The notes under the pieces were generated by a model. It was given only the letters and a program-made list of their open reading frames with translations, was not told where the DNA came from and made no database searches. Below, piece after piece: positions 30,933-42,032 of a stretch of DNA of 64,000 nt. Origin of the DNA: Cenarchaeum sp. GTDB taxonomy: Archaea > Thermoproteota > Nitrososphaeria > Nitrososphaerales > Nitrosopumilaceae. Numbering within the stretch: position 1 is the stretch's first letter; every line of letters begins with the position of its first letter. The position numbers and the translations under genes are program-made. Where the stretch lies: the NCBI GenBank assembly GCA_963692915.1, contig OY843584.1:1568001-1632000 (forward strand), in the 5' to 3' direction.

Positions 30933-31400
30933 TCAGGATGATCTGCGCGTGCGCGGGGGGTGTTTGATGTACGCGTGAATCAAGTCGACGATGTACCATA
31001 GTTCTGCCAGGATGGGAAAGATTGCAGGCTGGCCAAGCTTGTGCGCAAGCTTTGCGGCCGTTGGCACGTTCTTGTAGAGGTTTGGATCCAGCGAGACTGC
31101 CCGGTCAAAAGAGTGGAGTGCCTCAAGACGCCGGCCAAGGCCGAGCAGGTTATACCCCATGCATAGGTGGGCGAGCGTATCATTTGGGTTCTGGCTAACG
31201 GCAAGATCAAGATGCGGTAGCGCCTCGGCATGGCGCCCTAGAAGACACAGGATGATGCCCATGTCCCTTGGGTCTGCGGGGGCGGGCTGTCTTTGTGGTG
31301 CGGGCGTGGGCTGTCTTGATGCCTGGGTGATGAGCGCAAGGACGGCGAGAACTCCGACTCCCTTGAAAAAGTCACCCAATGCGTCATCAAGCTGACTCAT
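30933..31400 (-). CDS. small membrane-anchored TPR protein (paralog of 20315-20776)
   Basis: MSQLDDALGDFFKGVGVLAVLALI plus TPRs. Confidence 0.75.
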   Translation of the reverse strand: MSQLDDALGDFFKGVGVLAVLALITQASRQPTPAPQRQPAPADPRDMGIILCLLGRHAEALPHLDLAVSQNPNDTLAHLCMGYNLLGLGRRLEALHSFDRAVSLDPNLYKNVPTAAKLAHKLGQPAIFPILAELWYIVDLIHAYIKHPPRTRRSS

Positions 31401-31486
31401 GGGTCTCCTTGGGGGCCTTTGCAAATTTAAGCATTGCTTTGGAGCGCGCGCGTGTGGGGGGCGAGGCTTGCGTGCTGTGTTGGTGC

Positions 31487-31699
31487 CTGTTTGCGCTCTG
31501 CGAGCACGCCGGTGTCGCGCCCACGAACGGCTCCGCCGGAGGGCACTGCGAGACGTGGCAGTGCGGCGAGGGACAGGCCTACCAGATCGGGGGCGTCGAG
31601 GTCTAAGCCAGGCGTATGTCAAGCCTTCTGACGTGGGAGGCCATGGGGAAGAGCGTGGTCGAGGAGGTCATGCGCGCGGTCTAGGTGCTGATCTCACAC
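31487..31699 (+). mobile_element. IS66-family transposase 3' remnant with TIR
   Basis: Frameshifted LFALCEHAGVAPTNGSA/RALRDVAVRR ... GKSVVEEVMRAV*, then AGGTGCTGATCTCACAC. Confidence 0.8.
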
Positions 31700-31730
31700 G
31701 CCGACATCCCAGTTTAATTTAATAACAGGC

Positions 31731-31979
31731 ATGGTTCCTCGCGAGGGGATGTCTGACGACAAGGAGCGCATAGCATCGCTTGAGGAGCGCGTCTCTGCAC
31801 TTGAAGATCATATTATTAAGAAGGAAGTTGTTAAACACCTTACGCATATGGAGCGAGTGCAAAACGGACTTTGTCTCGACGACGACGGGAAGCTGACCGA
31901 GAAGGCAAGACAGATGTATAAAGAGTTGGAAAAGGAGGCTAGGGACAACCTGAAGCTTCATAAATCGCGATTGATATAA
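31731..31979 (+). CDS. small coiled-coil protein
   Basis: ERIASLEERVSALEDHIIK; TTTAATTTAATA upstream. Confidence 0.6.
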   Translation: MVPREGMSDDKERIASLEERVSALEDHIIKKEVVKHLTHMERVQNGLCLDDDGKLTEKARQMYKELEKEARDNLKLHKSRLI

Positions 31980-32136
31980 CCCTTGCTCACTGTCCTGACG
32001 AGTATGGACTGTACTGAGTTTGGCGAGTCATGATAAATAGCACGACTCGCCGTGCCGCCGTTATTGCATATTCACATGACACCTCTCCCAACATGTCCCC
32101 AACAGTTAAACGCGCCTCCGCCCCCGCTCCGCGCTG

Positions 32137-33148
32137 ATGACCCTAGTCGAGATGGCTCAATATTTTGCCGACCACGCCGCATCTGACCTGAAACAGGCCC
32201 AGACCATAGCCCGCTCAGATCGGTCAGGCCACGCGCTTGCCACCGCAATGTACCTGGCACAGCAGTCTATTGAAAAGCAGATAAAGTCAGTCGCCATCAA
32301 TATGGACAAAAAGATGAAGCTAGGCAAGAGTGAATCGATTACCATGTCACTTGGGCACAAGCTCTATCCAAAACTGTCCGAGATTTATAGCGGGCAGATT
32401 GCCAACCTTGACGCCCCACCGATCTTACCAGATTGGTTCCATATCGAGTATGGTGACCAAGAAGCCAAAAACATGGCTATTGTTGGACGCATATTTGGAG
32501 CGATTAGCGAGTTTTGGACCTTGCACTCTAATGATGCCACGCTAGAATCCCTGCTTTGGCAAAACTCGATGGGCGTAACACTGAAAGAATGTGACTTGGT
32601 ATCGCTAAATTCCAAAGAAAGTCTATATCTACAAAAATTCCTTGATATTATTGGCAAGAGTGACCACAAGATTTCTCAACGAGTTAACAATGGCCATATG
32701 CAACAACCCATGCTTGCCGTTATTATGGATAACGATTTGCTTGCAACATACTGTGACGAGTATGCTAACAGTGATGGCAACGTCACTGAACACAGAAAGT
32801 TAACGCAAACTTTTGACAATCCAAGATTTTTCTCCGCCCATTTTCCAAATCTGTGGCGAAACAGCTTCCGACAAAATTTTGGCTCAAAATATTGTTTTTT
32901 CTTTTTGCGTACAAATATTGATCTCTCAGCAATTTCAATACATGCCTCTATTCTCCAACCACAAATATGGGCGCTATCCTACGAGGCTTGAAAATGAGCG
33001 TATCACAACTGACATGTATGAATCACAGATGGATCGTGTGCTGGACTATCTATTTGTCGCCATTCCATATCAACTCGACCAGCTACGTGTCAACTCTGAT
33101 CGGCATGACGTGCTGCTGGAGATGGGGCATGAGTTTGGGTATTGGTAG
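32137..33148 (+). pseudogene. frameshifted HEPN-domain gene
   Basis: AMYLAQQSIEKQIKS..GH in ORF 32137-32991; the YGRYP C-terminus is in another frame (32813-33148); collinear with the intact 46567-47583. Confidence 0.75.
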
Positions 33149-33300
33149 TGCGCATATGGCTGAGGGCACTTGGGGTTTTTTGAGTGTGGGAATTCTGCGC
33201 CTTGCCACAATGGTTAGCGTGCCTGTTCCTCTCTTGTAGTGTGCGTGTAAAACACACACAATACGTTACCTAAATATAGCAGGGCACGGGATGCTGATTC

Positions 33301-33783
33301 ATGCCTTATCCCTATTGCCCTAAATGCAAGGGTCTCGTGACACACAGTATGAGCGTATCGGGATATCAGTGCACGTTGTGCAAGAGCGTGTTCCCGGATA
33401 AGGACGGCCTAGATGGCGAAGATGACCTGGGCGGCGAGGGCGGCCAACGCGGAAGCCTAGACCTAGGCCTGGGTCTAGGTGTAGGCCTAGGCTTAGGCCT
33501 AGATGGAGGCTCGAGCGACAGGGGAGGCGCAGACGAGGAGGACGAGGAGGACGATGCGCCAATTGACTCGACTGCAGCCACGGACACTTTTGTCGATGAA
33601 CAAATAGTTGAAGAATACGAGGATGAACAGGTAAATGAAAACACAAATGGCGAATCTCATACAACGTCAGACCCCCCACGAATTCCCCATTCACAAAAGC
33701 ATCTCTTGAAACTTTTGAGTGGATTGGCGGCCGCTATCACAATACTAGTGGGCATTCTTTACATCTCTTCATTTTTTAGTTGA
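33301..33783 (+). CDS. Zn-ribbon, acidic linker and C-terminal TM protein
   Basis: CPKC..CTLC, (LG)n and D/E tracts, TDTFVD motif shared with 17158, hydrophobic tail. Confidence 0.7.
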   Translation: MPYPYCPKCKGLVTHSMSVSGYQCTLCKSVFPDKDGLDGEDDLGGEGGQRGSLDLGLGLGVGLGLGLDGGSSDRGGADEEDEEDDAPIDSTAATDTFVDEQIVEEYEDEQVNENTNGESHTTSDPPRIPHSQKHLLKLLSGLAAAITILVGILYISSFFS

Positions 33784-33835
33784 TCGTTGGTTCTTGACAG
33801 AAACAAGGATTTATGAGACATTGGTCACTGAATAC

Positions 33836-33998
33836 CACCTGTGTCTAACCGGACTAGTGGCTGCCTTGAGTTTATTGGCAAAATATCCAAATGTGACCGA
33901 GGTTCTGCGACGTGCCGATCCAGAGGCGTCCGGGCTGATTCGCCCACATCCCTAGGCCATGGAGAGGCGCGTAGATGTTACCCTATAACAATTGCACA
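33836..33998 (-). pseudogene. promoter and 5' remnant of a TPR gene like 49329
   Basis: Reverse complement GCAATTGTTATAGGGTAACATCTACGCGCCTCTCCATGG matches 49295-49332. Confidence 0.45.
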
Positions 33999-34094
33999 CT
34001 TTGGAGTACTTCCGTCCTCTGATGTTGAGCTACCATGGGAATCAGCTAACACAATGGTCATAGCTAACAGGCGCCTACCTACCTATACTGCCGA

Positions 34095-34313
34095 TCAAGA
34101 GTCCGTGCCGGCTTTGAGCGACGTCCGGGCCAGGTGGGACATCACGTCGAGCCGGTACACCCCGTGTGCCTGCAGTGCCGTGACACCGCCGTCCGCATCT
34201 CCCCCAATGGTGGGGTGGTGCTCGGAGACCGGCAGCGCCCGCCTTGCCTGCCGCCACGCCCCCTCGATCGCGTTGAGGTGCGACGAGCCTGAGGGCAGCC
34301 CGATCAGCCTCAC
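34095..34313 (-). mobile_element. IS630-family transposase C-terminal remnant
   Basis: LPSGSSHLNAIEGAWRQAR matches the LPxxSPxLNxIExxW motif. Confidence 0.75.
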
Positions 34314-34351
34314 CGGCTCTGACTATTGCGCAGGTTATGGCCAGAGGATTG

Positions 34352-36253
34352 CTAGCTTGCTTTGGCCACCGGTGGCGCCTGCGACCGAAACTGGGGCATT
34401 GGAACAGGCGCGCCGGGTTCGAGCTCGACGGCGCGCCGATACGCGTCTATTGCTTCGTCATGGCGATCCAATGCCTCCAGGGCGCGTCCTCGGCCAAGGT
34501 GCAAGTTATAGTCTTTGGGCGTGATCTTTTCTGCGCGCTCAAATGCGGCAAGCGCCTCGTCATGGCGCTCAAGCCTGCATAGCGCCACGCCGTGGTTCTT
34601 GTGAGTCGCCGCGCTGCCTGGCGCTGCCTTGACGGCTTGCTCACACGCAACGAGTGCCTCCTCGTTTCGGTCAAGATGGAGCAGTGCGGCGGCTCTGTTC
34701 TTGTGCAGGACGGCTCCGTCATCTCCGAGCTTGGCAGCCTTTGCAAATGCGTCGATGGCCTCGTCATACATGCCAAGATGAATCAGTGCGGTTCCGCGAC
34801 CCACATGAGCCTTGGCGCTTTTGGGATCAAGGGAGACTGCGCGCTCAAAATGCCTGAGTGATGTCTCGGCATGCTCTAGTGAGCACGTGGTGTGACCCCT
34901 GTTGATGTGGTACATGATCTTCTTGGTGTCTTGTCTGGATGCAGATTTCTGTGCAGCGTCTAGTCTCTGTAGGATGATTTTCTTGGCTCCCTGAACATTG
35001 AGATCGCAGGGTTCTAGCTCGATTGCGCGATCAAATGACGCGAGTGAGTCAATATCGTGTCCTGCCGTGCACAGGGTATAGGCGCGGCTGCGATGGGCGT
35101 TGGCGTTGTTGGGATCCAGGGCGATGGCCACGTCAAAGGCTGTAATCGCCTCATCGGAGCGTCCAAGAAAATCTAGTGCATAGCCGAGGCCAATCTGAGC
35201 ATCGACATCTGTGGGTGATAGGCCGACTGCGCGCTCAAAAGAGCCTCGTGCCTCGGCATAGCGATGGAGCCGAATCAATATGTGGCCATAGCTTACGTGC
35301 AAGCCAGCGTCTGTGGGCGACAGCTCGACTGCGCGCTTGAAGGAGTCTACTGCCTCAGTATGGCGCCCTACTGCGGTTAATATGGTTCCCCTTCCGACAT
35401 GGGCTGACGTCATGTGCGGATCCAGCACGATCGCCATGTCGACGGACACTAGCGCTTCATCATGGCGATTCATGGAATACAGGATATATGCGCGCCCATT
35501 ATGCGCATCTACACTTTTGGAGTTTAGTGCGATCGCGCGATCCATGTGCTCCAAGGCCTCTGTTCTGCGATTCAGCTCGGTTAGAGCACGACCCATGCCG
35601 ATGTGGCCGGCAGGGTTGTTTGGATCCAAGTCGATCGCTTTGCTTAACGCATCTAGTGCCTCTTTACGGTGACCATTCGCCGCTAGCACGTTGCCGCGAA
35701 TTAAGTGGGCTGCGGCCAGCTTGGGATCTAGCGCTATTGCGCGATCCAACGAGGCTAGCGCCTCGCTGTCCGAGCCAATGCGCACTCGAAAGATGCCCAT
35801 GTCAAAATGCGTTCTTGCATTATTTGGCTCTAGGGCGATCGCGCGATCAAGGGCCTTGAGCGCCTCTTTATGGCGGTCGAGGCCGTCCATCACCACGAAC
35901 CGTATCTTGTGCGACTTGGGACGCGTCGGATCCAGGTCCACTGCGCGCCCTGATGACACCATGGCATCATCATACTTGCCAAGCTCACACTCGATGACGC
36001 TCATGTTGTTTAGCGCCTCAATGTCAGTCGTATCCAGCTCGACTGCACGCCTCAGCTCCTCGAGCGCCTCTGCCTTCCTGTCCTGCCTGTACAGCTCGTC
36101 GGCCTTGATTCTATGTGACGTGGAATCTCCAGTATCCTGCCTGCTTGCTGGCCTGGCGTTGAGCGTGACATTTGATGCCTCCCCATCACGTCCTTGCCCT
36201 CCCTGGCCGCTCCCTGTTCTCCCTGCCTGCCGTACCATGGCAGAGTTGGGCAT
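34352..36253 (-). CDS. TPR protein
   Basis: About 16 TPRs; N-part close to 966-2369, C-part close to the C-terminus of 49329-51749. Confidence 0.93.
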   Translation of the reverse strand: MPNSAMVRQAGRTGSGQGGQGRDGEASNVTLNARPASRQDTGDSTSHRIKADELYRQDRKAEALEELRRAVELDTTDIEALNNMSVIECELGKYDDAMVSSGRAVDLDPTRPKSHKIRFVVMDGLDRHKEALKALDRAIALEPNNARTHFDMGIFRVRIGSDSEALASLDRAIALDPKLAAAHLIRGNVLAANGHRKEALDALSKAIDLDPNNPAGHIGMGRALTELNRRTEALEHMDRAIALNSKSVDAHNGRAYILYSMNRHDEALVSVDMAIVLDPHMTSAHVGRGTILTAVGRHTEAVDSFKRAVELSPTDAGLHVSYGHILIRLHRYAEARGSFERAVGLSPTDVDAQIGLGYALDFLGRSDEAITAFDVAIALDPNNANAHRSRAYTLCTAGHDIDSLASFDRAIELEPCDLNVQGAKKIILQRLDAAQKSASRQDTKKIMYHINRGHTTCSLEHAETSLRHFERAVSLDPKSAKAHVGRGTALIHLGMYDEAIDAFAKAAKLGDDGAVLHKNRAAALLHLDRNEEALVACEQAVKAAPGSAATHKNHGVALCRLERHDEALAAFERAEKITPKDYNLHLGRGRALEALDRHDEAIDAYRRAVELEPGAPVPMPQFRSQAPPVAKAS

Positions 36254-36405
36254 GTCGTGCCTTATAATAATTGCGTATTATGTTCGGAGCAGCCGTGACG
36301 GGCTCATAGGCCACACCCATTGGCAGTCCTGCACGTGCATCCCCGCCTCGTTCACGTGCGTGATACGCACACATGATTTATTAACACAATACGCACAATC
36401 CTGCC

Positions 36406-36882
36406 ATGGAGCCCGGCGAGGTCATATTCGAGAACACGTTTGCCCGGGCGTGCACCAACCGCAAGCTTACTGTTGATGAAATTATCGAGGGCATGAAATT
36501 TGGCGCATTTAACTATGATCTGCTTCCCATCGAGGTTCGTGACGCCGTTGACAGGGCGCTAGAGCACGAAGATGCGTTGGCAGCAGAGCGCGGAACGCAT
36601 GATCCTTACTATGATAGCGCATGGGAGCTTGACCTGCTAGATGTGGAGCTCGAACCTGTCCATATAACGCAGAGCCCTCCGGCAACTGACCCACCCACAG
36701 AGACACACACGGACAACATTGTAAACAAGACGCCAGTGCACCCCGGCAGAATCGCCGCCCTGCACCCTGAAAGATGGCCACTGACCCCTGCTATGCATAC
36801 TGCTATGTATACTGCCATGCCGCAAGTTATGCAGCAGGTCCTGTATGTGCCAACACGAAAAAAAAATGTCAGGGATTGCTAA
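36406..36882 (+). CDS. 'MEPGE' family hypothetical protein, copy 2
   Basis: MEPGEVIFENTFA..C.NR.LT..EIIEGMKFGAF. Confidence 0.8.
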   Translation: MEPGEVIFENTFARACTNRKLTVDEIIEGMKFGAFNYDLLPIEVRDAVDRALEHEDALAAERGTHDPYYDSAWELDLLDVELEPVHITQSPPATDPPTETHTDNIVNKTPVHPGRIAALHPERWPLTPAMHTAMYTAMPQVMQQVLYVPTRKKNVRDC

Positions 36883-36890
36883 AAAAACAG

Positions 36891-37418
36891 TCACGATGTG
36901 ATGCCTTTGGCTCGTCGGCGCCTGTGTCGTTGGGTATGCTGGTTGTAGATTAACGTGTGTCCGCCACGTGTTATCAGGAGTGCTGCTTTTTGCCTGTGTC
37001 TGCGAAGGAGGCTCTGTATGTGTACCAGTGACACTCCGTGATCTATGGAAAATGAGACGTCTTCATAAATGTCGCCTCTATCGTTCCAACTGCCAATAAA
37101 CGGGATCTTGCCCGTATTGACGCACCATGTGGACACCAATACGGCACGCTCGTCCTTGATTGGGCTGCGCTCGTGAGTTAGTGCAATTATGTATAGCTTT
37201 GAGTGTCCGTCACTATACTGCTCTAAAAGTGTAGTTCGTTCTACATCGTTGTTCACGTTATAGTACCGATTTGTCTCAAGTGAGTACGAGAACATCATGT
37301 CAGGACTGCTTGATCGACGATATGCGGCGATGGATTTTTTCACGTCGACAAAATGGGCTGCAGTCTTTAGCTCGTCCTTGGTTCGTCCCGACTGTGGGAC
37401 TTTGCCTGCTACGCCCAT
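36891..37418 (-). CDS. hypothetical protein, 'SLETNRYY' family, copy 1
   Basis: Paralog of 48032-48661 (AAHFVD, FSYSLETNRYY, IPFIG.W, EDVSF.IDHGVS). Confidence 0.75.
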   Translation of the reverse strand: MGVAGKVPQSGRTKDELKTAAHFVDVKKSIAAYRRSSSPDMMFSYSLETNRYYNVNNDVERTTLLEQYSDGHSKLYIIALTHERSPIKDERAVLVSTWCVNTGKIPFIGSWNDRGDIYEDVSFSIDHGVSLVHIQSLLRRHRQKAALLITRGGHTLIYNQHTQRHRRRRAKGITS

Positions 37419-37596
37419 GTTGCTGCCTCGCCCTGAGAATGGCTAGCATACGATGGCGCAAATGCCACATGTGGCACTGTTCGCCTCCACGTGGGGTGTG
37501 CGCCTAGATCAAAAGCAGTCGCCGGATCGTGATGTCTCGCCGTGTTCAACAGCATTTTGCGTACATGACCATTAATAGACTGTGCGGATGAGGTGA

Positions 37597-37800
37597 GTAT
37601 GAGCTCAGCACCTAGACCGCACGCATGACCCTTGGCCACCGCGCCCTTTCCCCTGGCCCCCACGTCAGGAGGCACGTCAGGAGAGTTGACATGCGCATGG
37701 CCACCACCGCGCCGCCCTTGAGCTGGCCGCTCACCTTGCGGCGAACGACCACGTGGCGCAGCTCGCTTTTGGCGGCGCTGTTTGTGGGCGCGACGCCGGC
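37597..37800 (-). mobile_element. IS66-family transposase 3' remnant with TIR
   Basis: Minus strand reads AGVAPTNSAAKSELRHVVVRRKVSGQLKGG..MSTLLTCLLTW; TIR GTATGAGCTCAGCACCT at 37597. Confidence 0.85.
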
Positions 37801-37831
37801 AGGATGCGGCGGAACCCTGCCGCCGCGCGCC

Positions 37832-38767
37832 CTACCTCTCCATGATGACCCTTGCAGACCTCTTTGGGTCTATGGAGGCGCCCGCGCTAAACTGCGCGCC
37901 AATCCGGCACACGTGCTCGGCCTGCTCCATGCGAACCTCCAGTCCGCTCAGCGCCACGCTGACTGAATCCCTTGCGGCCACTAGTGCGCTGCCCCCTCCA
38001 ATGTCTGTGCCTCCCCAAAATGCGGGGCTCACCACGACGTCCATGCCATTGACGTCCATGCTGTCTACTCGCAAGTCACCCCCTTCCAGGAGCTGAATGG
38101 CGTGCCTGGGCGTCATTACGCAAAACACCCCGCCCGGAAACTCGACGCCCACGCTATTGTCCACTATGGTCCGCGCAACTCCTAGCAGGTCATTGCCTCC
38201 CAGCATGTTCTTTCCGTCAACTTTGCGCGAATTCGCCTGGTTTTGAATGTGCAGCGTGTCTGCAAGGGCCAAATCACTCGTATTGATCAGGCTGGTGTGG
38301 ACTAGATTTTCCACTACTGCGATCACCCCGTCACGTATGGAGGCGAGCAGGTCGCGCGCCACGTTCTGGGGATTTCCTGCCATGTCATTCCGGCTCACCT
38401 GGTGCCACATTGACCAATGCCTGGGGGCACCTGTCATTATCGTATAGCATGATCTCGCATCCTGTGAGCCACCCTGTAGCGCCTGTGCCGGGCGTGGGGC
38501 ATCAGGCACGATGCGCCTCCATGACTCGCCAGGTCGCGGCCTTGCCACCCTTGCATAATCCAGCACGGAGCGGTGTGGCTTTGGCATTATGCGTGAAATG
38601 TCCAAATGCCAGACGCTGTCGCCTTTTGGCTGATGGTCAATCTCTCCTACCGTGCTGCCGACCTGCTTGACTAGTTCTTCCCAGACAGGTTTATCGTTGC
38701 TGAACGCGTCAGTTATCACCTGGCAGATCTCATCCCACTCTCGATCCTTTGCGCCCTGAGTCTTCAT
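37832..38767 (-). CDS. HK97-fold major capsid/encapsulin-like protein (stand-alone)
   Basis: Paralog of 57772-58665: SVLDYA, spine-helix-like DLLASIRDGVIAVVENLV, CVMTP..A.QLL, G.DVVVSP, C-terminal IGAQFSAGASIDPKRSARV. TATA at ~38790. Confidence 0.6.
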   Translation of the reverse strand: MKTQGAKDREWDEICQVITDAFSNDKPVWEELVKQVGSTVGEIDHQPKGDSVWHLDISRIMPKPHRSVLDYARVARPRPGESWRRIVPDAPRPAQALQGGSQDARSCYTIMTGAPRHWSMWHQVSRNDMAGNPQNVARDLLASIRDGVIAVVENLVHTSLINTSDLALADTLHIQNQANSRKVDGKNMLGGNDLLGVARTIVDNSVGVEFPGGVFCVMTPRHAIQLLEGGDLRVDSMDVNGMDVVVSPAFWGGTDIGGGSALVAARDSVSVALSGLEVRMEQAEHVCRIGAQFSAGASIDPKRSARVIMER

Positions 38768-39424
38768 TGTGGGGTCAAGAGGGTGGCGCATATATGAATT
38801 GTTGCCGCACCCTGGCCAATTGACAAAGAATACGCCGACTCTTGTGAACATATCCTATCGCCGCTAGTTGAGGAGAAACCACGTTCACGCTGCCTTGACT
38901 GTGGAGAGTCTTTCCCTGGAATCATGCGACAGACCCCGTTGTGACAAACACATCCTTGGCCTCGTCCATCAAAAAACACCCCTGGGCAGTCTTGGCTGGT
39001 GTGCTTACAGCCGTTGGCGCCATGGTGGGCATTGTTCAATTGTTTACCACTACCTGATCGCCGATCCTCCCTCATACACATGTCATTCTCGCGCGGTGCC
39101 GCGTGCGTGGATCGCTACTCGTATGCAGACCGAATCGTGCTGCTCATGGCCATCGCCCTCCTCTTCAAGAGGCGTGACTGCCTCCTCGAGCCGACATGGG
39201 ACCTCCGAGACCCCTCTGCAGACCCCGAACCGTGCCCCCGGGTGTCTGACTCTAGGCGCCCGATCCTACATGTCGCCGAAACGCTTTACCTATTTTGCGA
39301 TATTCGGCTATATTCACCATGAATTGTTCAAAAGCGTGTTTTTGATGCCGAATACCGCAAGTCAATTTTCTGTCTAGTCCCGGTTGGCCCATGATCACAC
39401 GTTACTGTTATTACCGTAGGCCCC

Positions 39425-39883
39425 GTGGCGGTGTTGATGTCACCAGACAGTGCCGATCACTGGGATCTCCCAGAAGCACCTGCCTACTTGGATATGCTTG
39501 GGCGTGACGACTATCTCGAAAGCGTGTCAGACAGGGATGAGGAGGATGAAGATGAGGAGGAAGAAGACGATGAGGAGGACAATGACGATGAAGGAAAGCC
39601 GTCCTTAGGTCTGGAGGAAGCTGGCTCAATTATAAGCAATTTTGCTGCGGTTATGGAACACGTAAACAAACAGCCCAACATGGATGCGTATGGAGATTTT
39701 TCGCGGGTAGACGCTCCCAACCTCGACAAATACTACAAGTCTTTCTCCCAGAATGACACAACAAACAACACAGCGAACAACCGCTTACGACAATTATTCA
39801 CTGTGGAGAATGTATTGAAAGCTCTTGGTGGCATGGCTGCCATTGCTACCATAATTATGTCATTTTCTCACTATAGTTCTTGA
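39425..39883 (+). CDS. acidic protein with C-terminal TM
   Basis: D/E tract and hydrophobic tail; architecture like 33301. Confidence 0.55.
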   Translation: MAVLMSPDSADHWDLPEAPAYLDMLGRDDYLESVSDRDEEDEDEEEEDDEEDNDDEGKPSLGLEEAGSIISNFAAVMEHVNKQPNMDAYGDFSRVDAPNLDKYYKSFSQNDTTNNTANNRLRQLFTVENVLKALGGMAAIATIIMSFSHYSS

Positions 39884-39993
39884 TCATCATTCTCTGTATT
39901 GGCATTTACACGCCATCTTACTGTGATATCTTTGCTACAAGCCGCAAAATGACCGTCTTGCAGACTGTTAGTGTGAACAGCGGAACCGACTTG

Positions 39994-42018
39994 CTATTTT
40001 AATTTTTTACCAAGCTCTTCTAATTTATAAACAACTTTGCTAATTGTAAATGATTTTAGTGCGTCGAAGTCTTTTTCATGTATTATTTCCAGCATGTGAT
40101 AAACTGCGCGTTTGTCGTCTAACACCTTCTTTTGGGTAGCTTTCGGTTTTTTGGATTTTTGTGATGTGCTGTGATTGCAATCCTTTTTAGCGTTTTCGTT
40201 TAGATCTTCTTTACTTTTGGCATTGCGTTTTCTTGCTTCTTTTAATGCTTTATAATAACTATTGTCATTTAGTAAATTTTCATATTTGATAAGATCATCT
40301 GCCAGTGACGTTGTTAAATCTTGCTCAAAACAAGAAAAGTGGTTATTGATGCTTGGTTTTATCTTGGAATCTCCCTTGTAATTGAGTAACTTTGCGAGCT
40401 CCATCAATTTGTGATTGGCGTTATTGCTCGCACTGTCATTTTGCTCTAGATCAAGATCCCAGATCAAATAAACCTGAATGCCAAATTGCATAAATATGTA
40501 GGCGAACCTTGATATTTCGTCCTTTCCATTGCAAGGCACTATGGAAATCTCACTCTTGTTCAAGTCTACATTTAGCACACTCGCCGCAGCTAGCAACATA
40601 TTCCTGTCACCCGGCCCCTCCACCACTACGGCTATTTTTGAGAAAAATCCTTCAGTTGCCCAATGGGTGGCCCTCACATCTAGCCACCTTCGCAGTCTTT
40701 TTTCCGGATCCATTACGTCAGGAATTTTCACGTCCATGTACTTTATGATGTGATCCAATGCTGTTGACTGTACCTTGGTATCTCTGAATTTCCGAAACAG
40801 GCGAATATTGTCCATGTTCTGCAATTCTATAAAGTATGGAGAATGTGTGCTGCATATCAACTGAACAGTGTCTTTACCGTTTGTCAATTTTTCAAATTGT
40901 TTCAAAATACGTCGTTGTCGTTGTGGGTGCTGGTATAGCTCTGGCTCGTCGATCATGATCAATTTAACTGGATCTGCATACTTTGATTTTTGCTCTATGT
41001 CTTGGCTAGTTTTCCTGCTACTGTCTTTTTTAATTTTCTGCTTCGCGGCCTGATTAGCTATTGTTTCTAGTATGGATATGAGATATATGCGCTGTATTCC
41101 GCTTCCTACATGTTTTATATCTGTTGAATGGCCATCTTCTGTTAGGGTTATTGATGCACGCAGCGCAAGTGACTTTGGCTCGGGCAAATTAATGCCTATT
41201 GTAAATTTAGCATTGTTAGTATAGTTGTTGGTGTTTTCTTCAAGATTATCGTTTATGGGATCTAGTATATCTTCATGAATTTTCGGCAAATAGTCCTCGT
41301 ATTTTTTGACAAACTCTCCCTCAATTGCTTCCAAGTGATCCTTGACTTCGGGATCTTTTCGCACAGCCATATCTATTAATTTTGTCAAGTTTGAATCCGC
41401 CCTCTCTTCTCCATCTACGGTGATGTCCTTCATGGCCGGAACATGCACTATTTCCAATATGTCGCCTAGGCTCATTTGTGAAGGTTTCCAGTTAACAAAT
41501 CGTCCTTTGTACTTGCTCTTGTCTTTGGGATGTTCTTTTATGTATTTGTGCTCAAACTTGTTTAAATCCTCTTCCCATGAGGCGGCGCTATATTCTGGAA
41601 ACCCCTCAAAGTTTTTTTTAATAGCCTTGAATTTTATCGGCCTCGGCTTAGACCCTGCATCTCGAATTTCATTAAACGAGGAATAACACGTTTTCCACAC
41701 CTCACATTGTATTGTGGGTTTACCTTCTCCACCCTCAAAGGTTTTTTTGATTATGAGTCTTTTTTTAACTATAAATTCTGGTGCTTTTATAGATTTCTCT
41801 ACATCTGATAGCACAAGCACCAATTCTATTTTTGCGTCTGGCTTGTTAAAATCCCTCTCGACCACATTTGCCTCTTCGCTCTCAAACAGCCTAAGGGCAT
41901 CAAGTATGGCCGTCTTTCCAGTTCCATTAGCTCCAATCATCATTGTCAGCTTGTCTAGATTTAGTGCCACGTTCTTGAGTGAGCGAAAGTTATTGATGCA
42001 TATCCTATCAATTTTCAT
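39994..42018 (-). CDS. OLD-family ABC ATPase-TOPRIM nuclease
   Basis: NFRSL, Walker A GANGTGKT, GSGIQR, IDEPELYQHP, STHSPY, TOPRIM VVEGPGD..DLD. Confidence 0.92.
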   Translation of the reverse strand: MKIDRICINNFRSLKNVALNLDKLTMMIGANGTGKTAILDALRLFESEEANVVERDFNKPDAKIELVLVLSDVEKSIKAPEFIVKKRLIIKKTFEGGEGKPTIQCEVWKTCYSSFNEIRDAGSKPRPIKFKAIKKNFEGFPEYSAASWEEDLNKFEHKYIKEHPKDKSKYKGRFVNWKPSQMSLGDILEIVHVPAMKDITVDGEERADSNLTKLIDMAVRKDPEVKDHLEAIEGEFVKKYEDYLPKIHEDILDPINDNLEENTNNYTNNAKFTIGINLPEPKSLALRASITLTEDGHSTDIKHVGSGIQRIYLISILETIANQAAKQKIKKDSSRKTSQDIEQKSKYADPVKLIMIDEPELYQHPQRQRRILKQFEKLTNGKDTVQLICSTHSPYFIELQNMDNIRLFRKFRDTKVQSTALDHIIKYMDVKIPDVMDPEKRLRRWLDVRATHWATEGFFSKIAVVVEGPGDRNMLLAAASVLNVDLNKSEISIVPCNGKDEISRFAYIFMQFGIQVYLIWDLDLEQNDSASNNANHKLMELAKLLNYKGDSKIKPSINNHFSCFEQDLTTSLADDLIKYENLLNDNSYYKALKEARKRNAKSKEDLNENAKKDCNHSTSQKSKKPKATQKKVLDDKRAVYHMLEIIHEKDFDALKSFTISKVVYKLEELGKKLK

Positions 42019-42032
42019 GGGTGATTTTCACC

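Noticed and set aside
38868-39377. Possible transposase or other gene remnant
   Set aside because: No catalytic motif or terminal repeat could be recognised.
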